Source: an uncultured delta proteobacterium
GTDB lineage: Bacteria; Myxococcota_A; Polyangia; Polyangiales; Polyangiaceae
DNA length: 64,000 nucleotides
Direction: 5' to 3'
Assembly (NCBI GenBank): GCA_963782055.1
Contig: CAWAIF010000003.1
Location: 1,920,001-1,984,000 of the forward strand
The first letter of the stretch is position 1. Each line of letters begins with the position of its first letter. Below are positions 48,114-60,629 of the stretch, piece by piece. A model generated the notes under the pieces. It did not search any database. It saw only the letters and a program-made list of their open reading frames with translations, and was not told where the DNA came from. The position numbers and the translations under genes are program-made.

Positions 48114-50264
48114 GTGGCCAAGGACGGGAAATTCGGCACATTCGGCGGAGTTTTTACCCCCAGCATCCTGACGATCCTGGGCGTCATCATGTACCTGCGC
48201 CTGCCGTGGGTGGTGGGCAGCGGGGGCCTGTACGTCGCGCTCGGCATCATCGCGGTCTCCCACGTCATCAGCATCAGCACCGGGCTCAGCATCTCCAGCA
48301 TCGCCACCAACAAGAAGGTCGGCGCCGGCGGTCCCTACTACATCGTGTCGCGAAGCCTCGGGCTGCCGATAGGCGGCACGCTGGGTGTCGCCCTCTTCAC
48401 GGGCCTGGCGTTCAGCGTGAGCTTGTACGTGATCGGCTTCTCGGAGAGCTTCCTCAGCTACCTGCACATCGGGCTCACCCCCTCGGCGATCCGGATCTGC
48501 GGCAGCGTCGTCCTGGTGCTGCTCACCACCGTCACGCTGATCAGCACCGAGTTCGCGATCAAGACGCAGTACCTGATCCTGCTGGCGATCGTGCTCTCGC
48601 TGATCAGCGTGTTTCTGGGGTCCTGGACGCCGGTGGCGGGCGCCGGTCCCGCGGTTGCCCCGAAGCACGCGGCGCCGATCGCCGTGCTGTTCGGCATCTT
48701 CTTCCCCGCGGTCACCGGCTTCACCGCCGGTGTGAACATGTCCGGCGATCTGAGGAACGCCAAGAAGAGCATCCCGATCGGGACGATGCTCGCCATCGTC
48801 GTCGGGGCCGTCGTCTACGTCGGCCTCGCCATCTTTCTGGCCCACCGCGTGCCGGCGAAGGCGCTCGTCCAGGATCAGGACGTCCTCATCCACCTCGCCT
48901 CGATCCCCGCGTTCGTGGTGGCGGGCATCTGGGGAGCCACTCTCTCCAGCGCGATCGGCAGCATCATGGGGGCGCCGCGCATCCTGCAGGCTCTGAGCAT
49001 CGACGGCATCACCCCCCGCTGGTTCGGGCGCGGCTACGGCAAGGCCAACGAGCCGCGAAACGCGCTCGTCCTGGCGGTGGCCATCGCCGAGGGAGGCATC
49101 CTGATCGCCCAGCTCGACGCCATCGCCCGCATCGTCTCGATGGTGTTCCTGGCCACCTACGGGTTCTTGAACTTGAGCGCGGCGATCGAGAGCTGGGTCA
49201 GCCCCGACTTCAGGCCTTCGTTCCGCATTCCCAAGCTCGTCAGCATCGTCGGCGCCGTCACGGCGGTGCTGGTGATGATCAAGCTCGACATCCTGGCGAT
49301 GGCCGGCGCCACGCTGCTGATGGCGGGGCTCTTCTTCTACCTGCAGCGCAAGCGCCTGGAGCTGGAGGCGGGCGACGCCTGGGCCGGGATCTGGTCGTCG
49401 CTCATCCGCGCCGGGCTCGCCCGGATCAGCCGCCAGAGCGAGCGGAAGCGCAACTGGCGCCCCATCATCATGCTGTTCCGCTCGCCGGACTCGCCGGCGC
49501 GGGGCGCGCTTCGCGACATCGCGCGGGCGCTGGTCTCCGAGAACGGGATCGTCACCGACTTCGAGCTCTACGACCCGGCCTCCCCCGCGCCGAGCGCGAC
49601 GCCGTCTGCCGCGAGCGAGGTGGACGACGCGCGGCTCGGCGTGTTCGACAAGAAGCTACCCTGCAAGGACCGCTACGAGGCCATCGAGAACGTGTGCCGC
49701 TACCACGGCTTCGCCGCGCTCGAGCCCAACACCCTGCTCGGCCCATCGACACGGTCCCGAGCGCTTCTCCGATCTGCTCGATCGGGTGTCCGAACGGGAC
49801 TTCAACATCCTGCTGTTCGATCCCGCACCCGAGCAGGCGCCCAAGCGCCGCATCGACGTGTGGTGGAGCGTCAACGCGGGCAATCTCGGCTTGAGCATCG
49901 CTCTCTTGCGCTTCATCACCCGCGAGCCGGGCTGGGAGCGTGCCAGCCTGCGGCTGGTGCTGCTCAGCCCCGACAGCTCCGCGAACGACAACCTGCGCAG
50001 CGCCGCGCGCCACTTGCTCGCCGAGGCGCGGTTCGACGCGAGCATTCACGTGGTCAACGACACGCTGCAGGAGAAGATCTTCGAGGACTGGGTGCTCGAG
50101 GAGTCCGCCGAAGCCGACCTCACGCTGGTCGGGTTGCCCAACGATCCCGGGCAGGTGACGCCCGAGTACCAGTCGCGGATCGACCACCTGGTGGAGACGC
50201 TGCGCGGGGTGCTGCTGTTTCGCGCGTCGAGCATGTTCGACGAGTCGCTGCACGTCGCGCGTGA
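48114..50264 (+). CDS. SLC12-like cation-chloride cotransporter, N-terminal part (family similarity ends at a frameshift ~49740)
   Basis: FGTFGGVFTPSILTILGVIMYLR, GGPYYIVSRSLG, FFPAVTG..AG.NMSGDL, NWRP, EPNTLL; sequence after 49740 in this frame looks out of frame. Confidence 0.85.
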   Translation: MAKDGKFGTFGGVFTPSILTILGVIMYLRLPWVVGSGGLYVALGIIAVSHVISISTGLSISSIATNKKVGAGGPYYIVSRSLGLPIGGTLGVALFTGLAFSVSLYVIGFSESFLSYLHIGLTPSAIRICGSVVLVLLTTVTLISTEFAIKTQYLILLAIVLSLISVFLGSWTPVAGAGPAVAPKHAAPIAVLFGIFFPAVTGFTAGVNMSGDLRNAKKSIPIGTMLAIVVGAVVYVGLAIFLAHRVPAKALVQDQDVLIHLASIPAFVVAGIWGATLSSAIGSIMGAPRILQALSIDGITPRWFGRGYGKANEPRNALVLAVAIAEGGILIAQLDAIARIVSMVFLATYGFLNLSAAIESWVSPDFRPSFRIPKLVSIVGAVTAVLVMIKLDILAMAGATLLMAGLFFYLQRKRLELEAGDAWAGIWSSLIRAGLARISRQSERKRNWRPIIMLFRSPDSPARGALRDIARALVSENGIVTDFELYDPASPAPSATPSAASEVDDARLGVFDKKLPCKDRYEAIENVCRYHGFAALEPNTLLGPSTRSRALLRSARSGVRTGLQHPAVRSRTRAGAQAPHRRVVERQRGQSRLEHRSLALHHPRAGLGACQPAAGAAQPRQLRERQPAQRRAPLARRGAVRREHSRGQRHAAGEDLRGLGARGVRRSRPHAGRVAQRSRAGDARVPVADRPPGGDAARGAAVSRVEHVRRVAARRA

Positions 50265-53235
50265 GGCCTCGGTGTCCTTCCACCCGCCGCCCATGGGAGA
50301 CGAGGGGCGCGCCGCCTTGCCCGAGCTCGTGCTGCCCCAGACGCCGGACCTGGCCGACGTCGTGTCGGAGCTCGCCGATGGGTACCGGCACCTGGTCACC
50401 CGGTTTCACGAGGACTGCGTGCAACGCATCCACGCGCGCCACGTCGAGCTGGTCCGCAGCATCATCGCGCCGATGGACACCTACTTCGACGCGCTCACCA
50501 GGGCGGTCGAGGTCGGCAACGTGAGAAGGTTCCGGAGCGCCCAGCAGCGCGCAGAGGGCGTGCTGCTGGAGGACTGCCGGGCGGCCGTCGCCGCCTTCGC
50601 CGAGAAGCATCTGGACGAGCAGCACGGCATCCTCACCGAGCGCATCGACGCCTTCTTGAGCGACGGCCGCGTCGTGGACCGGCGGCGCAAGCCGGAGGAC
50701 CTCGTCGTCCATCGCCGTCGCGAGGACTTCGAGCCGCGCGCGAAGGACTCCGACCACGTGCGCGCCTTCAAGCTGCGTCGCAGACTCGTCGCGCGCTTCC
50801 GGCGCGGCAAGGAGGTGACGTATCGCGTCCCGCTCTCGGCGCTGAAGGACTACTACTTCCACGTGGCCGTTCACGACGGCCTGGCCGTGGCCGCCCGCCA
50901 GCTCGAGACCGACACGCATCAGCTCATGATCGCGCTCGGCAAGGTGCTCGACTCCGTCCAGGCGCCGCCCAGCGCCGAGCCCGAGGCGCTCTTGGCGGCC
51001 ATCGAGGAGCAGCATCGCCGGGTCGTGGGGCGGCTGCAGGGGCTGGTGCGGCGCGCCAAGGAGCACGCCAGCGGTCTCCAGTGGTCCCTGCTCGTGACGG
51101 CCCGGCAGGTCGCCGTCGGGCTCGCGGCCGACCTCGATCGACTGGACGTTCGCCGCCTGATCAAGAAGGAGCGCCGCGTCCCCCGGGACGCCGCGACGCT
51201 GCGCTCCGAGCTCCGGGAGCTGCCGGCGCGTTGGAAGGAGAGTCAGGCGCGTCTGGTGGAGCTGGACGAGCTCGCGCTCCGGCTCTCGTCATTTCAGCAC
51301 CGCCTGACCGCCGCGGTCACGAGCGAGCACGAGGCGATGCTGCGGGAGGTCAACGACGGCGTCCTTCGTCGCTGCAAGGAGGTCGAGGCGGAGCTCGTCG
51401 GCTACCTGGAGCAGCTCGCGGTCGCGCCCCCGGCGGCCGTACCGCGGCTCGGCGCGCCGCACGACTTCAGCGCGGCGCTGGAGGTGCGCCCGCTGGTGGA
51501 GGCCGTGCTGCGCAAGGGGGGCGAGCTGGCGCTGGAGCTGCCCGAGACGCTCTCGGCGCTGAGCGCCGAGTCGGTCCGCGCCCTGGAGGAGGGCCGCGCT
51601 GACTCGCCGGAGATGACGGAGCTGCCGGTGCGTCGGCTGGTCCAGTTCCTGGTGGAATCCAAGTTCGTGGGGGCGTTGCAGGAGGAGCTGGCGAAGATCC
51701 CCAAGACGGAGCAGCGAGCCGCCGGGGTCGCGCAGGACGCGCTGCGTCTCGTCCGTTTCCAGATCGGCGAGGTGGACGCCGCGGAGGCCGCCGAGCGCGC
51801 CACCTTGCGCGAGCAGCTCGTCCCCGTCGTGCAGAACGGCCTCGAGCGCCTGCGCGCGGAGATCGCGCGCCTCACCGAGTTGATGCCTCAGGTGACCGCC
51901 GCCTTCGGCAAGGAGCTCGAGAGCGTGGTGGAGGGCACGAACGCCTACGACCTCGGCGCCACCTCGCAGAACCTCGAGCAGCACATCCGGCTCCATCAAG
52001 GGCGGGCCGCCGTGAGCGGCGCGCGGGGGCTGCTGCGGCGCAGCGTGGGCACGGCCCGGCGGGCGCTGGTGGACCTCACCTATCGCAAGAGCGAGGGCGT
52101 GCTGCTGGCGCGCCAGCTCGGGGACGCCGCGCGTCACGATGGGGCGCTGACCGATCGCCTGGCGTCCTTCGTCCACGACAACACGCCCAGGCCGGAGGTG
52201 CTCGAGGCGCTTCCCTTCTATTACCGCCAGCTCTTCTTCGGGCAGTCCGCGCTGTCGGACGCGTTCTGGGTGGGGCGCAGCAAGGAGCTCGTCCGCGCGG
52301 AGCAGGCCGTGGCCGCGTTCCGTCGCGGCGCACGGGGCGCCGTGATCGTCACCGGGCCTCGGGGGTCGGGCAAGACGACGCTGGCGCAGCGCATCGTCTC
52401 GGAGCTGCTCACCGGTCGCGAGGTGGTGCGGGTGCAACCCCGGCCCGGAGGCTCCATCCAGCTCAAGCGCTTCGACGCCGCGGTCGCCAAGGCCCGCGAT
52501 GCGTCCGGCACCGCCGACGCGGTCGTGCGGGGGCTGCCCGACGGGAGCGTCGTGCTCATCGACGACCTCGAGCTCTGGTGGGAGCGAAGCGGCGAGGGGT
52601 TGGCGGTGATCGATCGCATCCTGGAGCTCGTCGATCGACACGGCGGACGCGTGCTCTTCCTCCTGTCTGTCGGGCGCCAGGCCCTGACCTTGATCGACCG
52701 CTTCCGGCCCCTGTCGGACCATGCCCTGTGCGTGCTGCGTTGCGGGCCCGTGCCGGCCGAGACCCTGAAGACCATCGTGACCTCGAGGCACGCATCCACC
52801 GGGATGAGGTTCTCTCTCGACGAGCGACCCGAAGACGAGCTCGGCGAGCTGCGCCTGGCGCGCTTGTTCTCCAGCTACTTCGATTACTCCGGCGGCGTGG
52901 TGGGGGCCGCGCTGCGCGGCTGGATCGCGCACGTGGACAAGGTCGGCGAAGACGCGCTCTCGGTGCGCGTTCCCCGTCCCGACCACTGGGAGCTGGTCGA
53001 CGAGCTGCGACGCGACTGGGTGGCGCTGCTCTTGCAGCTCCTGCTCCACAAGCAGATGTCACCCACGCGGCTGGAGCGGGTGACGGGGCTCGAGCGTCAG
53101 GCCCTGGCGCGGGAGGTCGACACCCTGCGGCGCGTCGGACTGCTGGTGGAGAGCCGCAAGCGCGTGCTCGAGCTCAATCCCTTCGTCGTCCACATCGTGG
53201 CCGCGAGGTTCGTGAGGCAGGGGTTGCTGGCATGA
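49786..53235 (+). CDS. C-terminal part of the cotransporter fusion: SLC12-like cytosolic domain, long helical region, P-loop ATPase, wHTH-like end
   Basis: RIDVWW SLC12 C-domain motif; Walker A GPRGSGKT, Walker B VLIDDLE; frame is open back to 49741. Confidence 0.8.
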   Translation: MSERDFNILLFDPAPEQAPKRRIDVWWSVNAGNLGLSIALLRFITREPGWERASLRLVLLSPDSSANDNLRSAARHLLAEARFDASIHVVNDTLQEKIFEDWVLEESAEADLTLVGLPNDPGQVTPEYQSRIDHLVETLRGVLLFRASSMFDESLHVAREASVSFHPPPMGDEGRAALPELVLPQTPDLADVVSELADGYRHLVTRFHEDCVQRIHARHVELVRSIIAPMDTYFDALTRAVEVGNVRRFRSAQQRAEGVLLEDCRAAVAAFAEKHLDEQHGILTERIDAFLSDGRVVDRRRKPEDLVVHRRREDFEPRAKDSDHVRAFKLRRRLVARFRRGKEVTYRVPLSALKDYYFHVAVHDGLAVAARQLETDTHQLMIALGKVLDSVQAPPSAEPEALLAAIEEQHRRVVGRLQGLVRRAKEHASGLQWSLLVTARQVAVGLAADLDRLDVRRLIKKERRVPRDAATLRSELRELPARWKESQARLVELDELALRLSSFQHRLTAAVTSEHEAMLREVNDGVLRRCKEVEAELVGYLEQLAVAPPAAVPRLGAPHDFSAALEVRPLVEAVLRKGGELALELPETLSALSAESVRALEEGRADSPEMTELPVRRLVQFLVESKFVGALQEELAKIPKTEQRAAGVAQDALRLVRFQIGEVDAAEAAERATLREQLVPVVQNGLERLRAEIARLTELMPQVTAAFGKELESVVEGTNAYDLGATSQNLEQHIRLHQGRAAVSGARGLLRRSVGTARRALVDLTYRKSEGVLLARQLGDAARHDGALTDRLASFVHDNTPRPEVLEALPFYYRQLFFGQSALSDAFWVGRSKELVRAEQAVAAFRRGARGAVIVTGPRGSGKTTLAQRIVSELLTGREVVRVQPRPGGSIQLKRFDAAVAKARDASGTADAVVRGLPDGSVVLIDDLELWWERSGEGLAVIDRILELVDRHGGRVLFLLSVGRQALTLIDRFRPLSDHALCVLRCGPVPAETLKTIVTSRHASTGMRFSLDERPEDELGELRLARLFSSYFDYSGGVVGAALRGWIAHVDKVGEDALSVRVPRPDHWELVDELRRDWVALLLQLLLHKQMSPTRLERVTGLERQALAREVDTLRRVGLLVESRKRVLELNPFVVHIVAARFVRQGLLA

Positions 53236-53975
53236 GCGGCGCGTTCGGGTCCCTCGGTCTGGAGGCGGCGTTCCTCCTGGTGCTGGGCGCCGCGCTGTGG
53301 TTCGCCGCGCGCGGCGTGCGGTGGGTGATCGGCGTGTTTCCCATGAACAAGGAGCGGCGCGCCGCGCTCTTGCGCACCAGCCCGGTCGCCGGTGCGGCCC
53401 TGACGCTGCTGTACCTGCTCTTCCCGGCGCGCACGCTCTTTCGCCGGCAGCCCGTGGCGCTGCCCATCGTTCTCGCCCTGGTCGTCACGGCGTTCGTCGC
53501 CGCCGCCTGGCCGATGGCCCGCGACTTCCTGGCCGGCGTCGCGCTCAAGACCGGGCGAGTGTGCGACGAGGGCGACGAGGTGCGCATCGGGGACGTGGAG
53601 GGGCGTGTCGTGCGCATGGGCCATCGCGTGCTCGTGATCGAGACGCGAGACGGAGACGAAGCGATCCTGCCGTACGCCGGAGTCGCGAGAGAGGCGGTGG
53701 TGCGCACGCGCACGCTCGGCGGCGTCACCCCTCACAAGTTCAGGATCGAGGCTCCTCCGGCGGACCCGTTCGCGGAGCTTCGCGCGCAGATCATACGCGT
53801 CACGCTGCTCTGCCACTGGTCGGCCTTCGCGCGAGAGCCCGAGGTCGTTCCGGCAGGCGACAGGAGCATCGAGGTCACGGTGTTCTGCCTCGACGGCGCT
53901 CACGGTCGCGACATCGAGACGGCGGTGCGCAGCGCGATCCGGGAGGGGGGCTCGCCGCGCGCCGCCGGCGGGTGA
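53232..53975 (+). CDS. MscS-family mechanosensitive channel-like protein
   Basis: 3 TMs, ARDFLAG, GDEVRIGDVEGRV; ATGA overlap with the upstream stop. Confidence 0.8.
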   Translation: MSGAFGSLGLEAAFLLVLGAALWFAARGVRWVIGVFPMNKERRAALLRTSPVAGAALTLLYLLFPARTLFRRQPVALPIVLALVVTAFVAAAWPMARDFLAGVALKTGRVCDEGDEVRIGDVEGRVVRMGHRVLVIETRDGDEAILPYAGVAREAVVRTRTLGGVTPHKFRIEAPPADPFAELRAQIIRVTLLCHWSAFAREPEVVPAGDRSIEVTVFCLDGAHGRDIETAVRSAIREGGSPRAAGG

Positions 53976-54060
53976 CTGGCGCCGTTCGCCGCACGCTTTG
54001 CGCTTGCGTCGCGGGTGCCTCGACCGAAGGCTGGTGAAGCGCGGCGATCGGCGAGCGTAG

Positions 54061-56265
<2,205 letters not shown>

Positions 56266-56340
56266 CGCGCGCGGGTGGCTGGGGGTGAGCGGCGGCGCGT
56301 CTACACGTCGGCGCGGATCGGTGTAGCCTCTCCGGTCGCC

Positions 56341-56898
56341 ATGGAACCATCGGAGAGCACCGGTCACGAAGTGGTCCTGCGTTTCTGGTTCGAGGAGACG
56401 ACGCCGCAGCAACACTTCCGCAAGGACGCCGCCTTCGACGCGCTCATCCGCGAGCGCTTCGGCGACCTGCAGCGTGCCGCGTCGCGCGGCGAGCTGTTCG
56501 GATGGCGCGACACGCCCGGCGGGCGCCTGGCGGAGATCCTCGTGCTGGACCAGCTCTCGCGGAACATCTTTCGCGACTCGGCCGAGGCCTTCGCGTCCGA
56601 CGCCGTGGCGCTGGTGCTCGCGCAGGAGGCGGTGCGCTGCGGCGCCGACGCCGCGCTCCCCCCGGAGCGACGCGCCTTCCTCTACATGCCCTACATGCAC
56701 AGCGAGTCGCGACGGGTCCACGCCGTGGCGGCGACGCTCTTCGAGTCACTGGGCATCGCCGAGAACCTGAAATACGAGCTCGCTCACAAGGCCATCATCG
56801 ATCGCTTCGGCCGCTATCCGCATCGGAACGCCGTGCTCGGGCGCGAGTCCACCGACGAGGAGCGAGCCTTTCTGCAGGAGCCCGGCTCCTCCTTCTGA
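56341..56898 (+). CDS. DUF924 family protein
   Basis: FWF, LDQLSRNIFR, FLYMPYMHSE, FGRYPHRN..LGREST. Confidence 0.92.
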   Translation: MEPSESTGHEVVLRFWFEETTPQQHFRKDAAFDALIRERFGDLQRAASRGELFGWRDTPGGRLAEILVLDQLSRNIFRDSAEAFASDAVALVLAQEAVRCGADAALPPERRAFLYMPYMHSESRRVHAVAATLFESLGIAENLKYELAHKAIIDRFGRYPHRNAVLGRESTDEERAFLQEPGSSF

Positions 56899-56961
56899 GC
56901 GCTGAGACGCGCGTTCCTTGCGTTCCTCGACGTCGCCGGGCGCGTGCGGTACGACGGCCGC

Positions 56962-58047
56962 ATGCCCATCGACCACTACGTCACCCTCGGCCACTCCGGT
57001 CTCCGCGTCAGCCCGTTCTGCCTCGGCGCCATGACCTTCGGCAAGGAGTGGGGGTGGGGCTGCGAGCCGGCAGACGCGAAGCGCATCGTCGATCGCTTCC
57101 TGGATCGCGGCGGCAACTTCATCGACACCGCCAACGGCTACACCAAGGGCCACTCCGAGGCGATCCTCGGCGAGCACCTCGGACACGACCGGAGCAAACG
57201 CGACCGCGTGGTGCTCGCCACCAAGTTCCTCAGCAACATGTTCCTCGGCGACCCGAACGGCGGCGGCTCCAACCGCAAGGCGGTCATTGCGCAGTGCGAG
57301 GAGTCGCTCCGTCGCCTCCGCACCGATTACATCGACCTGTACTGGATGCACGCCTGGGACAGGACGACGCCGATCGAGGAGACGATGCGCGCGCTCGATA
57401 CGCTCGTCGAGCAGGGCAAGGTCCGCTACCTCGGCTTCAGCGACACCCCGGCGTGGAAGGTGGCGCAGGCGCAGACGATGGCGCAGCTCCGGGCGTGGTC
57501 GCCGCTCATCGCGCTGCAGATCGAGTACTCGCTCCTGCAGCGGACGGTGGAGGGCGAGCTCGTCCCCATGGCGCGCGAGCTCGGCCTCGGCATCACGCCG
57601 TGGGGACCGCTGCGCGGCGGCGCGCTGAGCGGCAAGTACAAGCGCGCCGACAGGGGCAAGCACCAGGCCGGTCGCGGCGCGCGCGTGACGAGCTACCTCG
57701 ACGACCGCACGTTCGATCTCCTCGATCTCATGGAGCGCACCGCGACCGAGCTCGGCACGACGGTGGCGCGCGTCGCGCTCGCGTGGGTGCAGGGGCGTCC
57801 GGGCGTCGCGTCCACCATCATCGGCGCGCGCACCATCGAGCAGCTCGACGACAACCTCGGCGCGCTGGACGTGAAGCTCGGCGCCGCGCACGTGGAGGCG
57901 CTCGACAAGGCGACGACGCCGGCCCTCCCGTTCCCCACCGACATGCTCGGCGCCGTCCCGACCTTCGCGTTCGGCGGCACGACCATCGACGGTCAGTCGT
58001 CGACGGCGTGGCCGGCGGCGCCGCAGAACGACGGCGAGCGGTTCTGA
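56962..58047 (+). CDS. Aldo/keto reductase
   Basis: LGHSGLRVS, DTANGY, ATK, DYIDLYWMH, GKVRYLG. Confidence 0.93.
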   Translation: MPIDHYVTLGHSGLRVSPFCLGAMTFGKEWGWGCEPADAKRIVDRFLDRGGNFIDTANGYTKGHSEAILGEHLGHDRSKRDRVVLATKFLSNMFLGDPNGGGSNRKAVIAQCEESLRRLRTDYIDLYWMHAWDRTTPIEETMRALDTLVEQGKVRYLGFSDTPAWKVAQAQTMAQLRAWSPLIALQIEYSLLQRTVEGELVPMARELGLGITPWGPLRGGALSGKYKRADRGKHQAGRGARVTSYLDDRTFDLLDLMERTATELGTTVARVALAWVQGRPGVASTIIGARTIEQLDDNLGALDVKLGAAHVEALDKATTPALPFPTDMLGAVPTFAFGGTTIDGQSSTAWPAAPQNDGERF

Positions 58048-58066
58048 GCGTCGAAGACCCCAGACC

Positions 58067-59527
58067 TCAGGTTCCGCAGAACGTCGCCCGGACGCGCTCG
58101 TGCGGCTCGGGCGGCTCGGCGAGGTGCGCGGCCTCCGGCTGATCGTCGAACGGGCGCGCGAGCACGCGCACCAGCGTCTCGAACGGGCGGAGATCGCCGT
58201 CGGTCGCCGCGGCGATCGCCCGCTCGATCCGGTGGTTTCTGGGGATGAACGCGGGGTTCGCGCGGCGCATGGCCTCGCCGCGCGCCTCCGGGTCGCTCCC
58301 CTCCGCGGCGAGCCGCGCGCGCCACCGCTCGGCCCACTCGTGGAAGGCGCCCGGATCGTCGAAGAGCTCCGCGGCGGCATCCGGCTGCGCGGCGACGTTC
58401 GACAGCGCGCGGAAGAAGACCGTGTAGTCGACCTCGCTCGTCGCGAGGCGCGACATCAGGTCCATCGCCAGCTCCAGATCGCCGGGGACCTCGGTCGCGA
58501 GTCCGAGCTTCGCCCGCATCACGCCGCCGAACGCCGTGTCGAACCGGGCATTGAAGGCGTGGAGTCGATCGGTCGCGAGCCGCGCGGCCTCCTCTTCGTC
58601 CTTCGAGACGAGCGGCAAGAGCGACTCGCCGAGACGCGCCAGGTTCCACAGCGCCATGCGTGGCTGGTTCATGAAGGCGTACCGTCCGCCCACGTCGATC
58701 GAGCTGAACTTCTTCTGCGGGTGGTACTCGTCGAGGAACGCGCACGGGCCGTAGTCGATCGTCTCGCCGGAGATGGAGGTGTTGTCGGTGTTCATGACTC
58801 CGTGGACGAACCCGACGCCGAGCCACCGCGCGACGAGCGAGGCCTGCGCGTCCACGACGTGCTCCAGGAGCGCGAGCGCGGCGTTCGGAGCGGAGAGCGC
58901 CTCGGGGTAGTGCCGCTCGAGCGCGTGCTGCGTGAGCGTCTTGAGGGCCTCGACGTCGTCGCGCGAGGCGAAGTACTCGAAGGTACCGACGCGCAGGTGG
59001 CTCGCGGCGACGCGCGCCAGCACCGCGCCGGGCAGCGCGGTCTCGCGCTGGACCGGCTCGCCCGTCGCGACCGCGGCCAGCGCGCGCGTCGTCGGGATGC
59101 CGAGCGCGGCCATCGCCTCGCTCACGACGTACTCGCGGAGCACCGGGCCGAGGGCGGCTCGCCCGTCGCCGCCCCGCGAGAAGGGCGTCCGGCCGGCGCC
59201 CTTGAGCTGGATGTCTCGGCGCTTGCCGTCGGTGCCGACGACCTCGCCGAGCAGCACGGCGCGGCCATCCCCGAGCCGCGCGACGAAGGCGCCGAACTGG
59301 TGGCCGGCGTAGGCGAGGGCGATCGGATCGGAGCCTTCGGCCCGCGCGTTTCCGGCGAGCACGGCCACGCCGTCGTCGGCGGCGAGCGCGGCCGGGTCGA
59401 GCCCGAGCAGCGCCGCGAGCGGCTCGTTGAGCGCGAGGAGCGTGGGCCTTCGCACTGCCGTGGGCGTCGTGCGCGTGAAGAAGCGATCGGGGAGGCGCGC
59501 GTAGGTGTTGTCGAAGGCGATGAGCAT
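58067..59527 (-). CDS. selO: Protein adenylyltransferase SelO (YdiU/UPF0061)
   Basis: YAGHQFG, LGDGRA, QLKGAG.TPFSR.GDGRA, HGVMNTDN, IDYGP, C-terminal TFCGT. Confidence 0.96.
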   Translation of the reverse strand: MLIAFDNTYARLPDRFFTRTTPTAVRRPTLLALNEPLAALLGLDPAALAADDGVAVLAGNARAEGSDPIALAYAGHQFGAFVARLGDGRAVLLGEVVGTDGKRRDIQLKGAGRTPFSRGGDGRAALGPVLREYVVSEAMAALGIPTTRALAAVATGEPVQRETALPGAVLARVAASHLRVGTFEYFASRDDVEALKTLTQHALERHYPEALSAPNAALALLEHVVDAQASLVARWLGVGFVHGVMNTDNTSISGETIDYGPCAFLDEYHPQKKFSSIDVGGRYAFMNQPRMALWNLARLGESLLPLVSKDEEEAARLATDRLHAFNARFDTAFGGVMRAKLGLATEVPGDLELAMDLMSRLATSEVDYTVFFRALSNVAAQPDAAAELFDDPGAFHEWAERWRARLAAEGSDPEARGEAMRRANPAFIPRNHRIERAIAAATDGDLRPFETLVRVLARPFDDQPEAAHLAEPPEPHERVRATFCGT

Positions 59528-59667
59528 GCGGCGAGGCGGACGTTAGCGGGAAATTCCGCCGGCGTGGGAATCGACGCGGCGGTGCTCTTCCCGATGCGCC
59601 CGCGTCTGCATCTCGGTGGCGGCGCCGAAAGCTCTTCCGGCGCCAGGGTCTTGTGTACACTGCCCGG

Positions 59668-60477
59668 ATGCCAGGTGCCCCGCGCGTTGCCGTCTGGGTC
59701 TCGATGCTCTTCGTCGCGGCGTGCGTTGGGGACTCGCCCGGCGGGCCGACCTCCGGGCAGGCGGGCGGGCCGTGCTTCTCCAACGGCACGTGCAACGCGG
59801 GCCTCTCCTGCGTCGGCGGCTTCTGCGTCGCCGTGGACGCGGGGGGCGACGACGGGGCCTCACCGTCGAGCGACGGCGGGGCCGACGGGTCGAGCGGCGA
59901 GGGAGGCGTGGACACCCAGAACGATCCGAACAACTGCGGGACGCTCGGCCACGTGTGCCCCTCGCATCGTTGCAAAGGGGGCGACTGCTTCCGCCGCGTC
60001 TTCGTCACCAGCGGGACCACGAAGGGTACGTTCGGCGGCGCGGCCGGCGCCGACAACGTCTGCAAGGTGTCGGTCGGAGGCACCACGATGAAGGGGACCT
60101 TCTACGCGTGGGTCAGCACGTCGTCCTCCAGCCCTGCGACCCACTTCACCAAGGGCACCGCGCCCTACGTTCTCGTCGACGGCACCACCGTGGTCGCGAA
60201 CGACTACGCGGGCCTGGCCGGCGTGAACGGGACCGTGACGCTCGCCCACGCCATCGACACGGACGAGAACGGCGTCCAGAAGGCCAACGCGGACGTCTGG
60301 ACCGCCACGCACCCCGACGGGACCGAGAACGGCCCGCCCAACTGCTCCGACTTCGGCGCGCAGCCGTCCGACGCCAACGCGCCCGTCGGCTCGTCGAGCA
60401 TGGTGAACACGACGTGGACGGAGAGCACGACGCTGCCGTGCGGGACCTTCGCGCACGTGTACTGCGTGGAGCAGTGA
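59668..60477 (+). CDS. Cys-rich lipoprotein with DUF1554/endostatin-like C-terminal domain
   Basis: VAAC lipobox; RRVFVTS...GAAGADNVC...YAWVS...DENG..VWT...YCVEQ. Confidence 0.72.
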   Translation: MPGAPRVAVWVSMLFVAACVGDSPGGPTSGQAGGPCFSNGTCNAGLSCVGGFCVAVDAGGDDGASPSSDGGADGSSGEGGVDTQNDPNNCGTLGHVCPSHRCKGGDCFRRVFVTSGTTKGTFGGAAGADNVCKVSVGGTTMKGTFYAWVSTSSSSPATHFTKGTAPYVLVDGTTVVANDYAGLAGVNGTVTLAHAIDTDENGVQKANADVWTATHPDGTENGPPNCSDFGAQPSDANAPVGSSSMVNTTWTESTTLPCGTFAHVYCVEQ

Positions 60478-60629
60478 CCAGGCTCCCGCGCCATCCGGCA
60501 TCCGGGACCACCCCGGCATCGTCGACGTGACCTGCACGCGCTGAAGCGGAGCCGGCAGCGATGCCGGACGCGCGCCCCCGGGCGGAAGTTCCGGTAGAAC
60601 ACGCCGCGCTCCTCGTCTACGGTCGCCGC

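Noticed and set aside
58067..58090. Selenocysteine in SelO
   Set aside because: The protein ends TFCGT with an ordinary Cys; the TGA is the normal stop.
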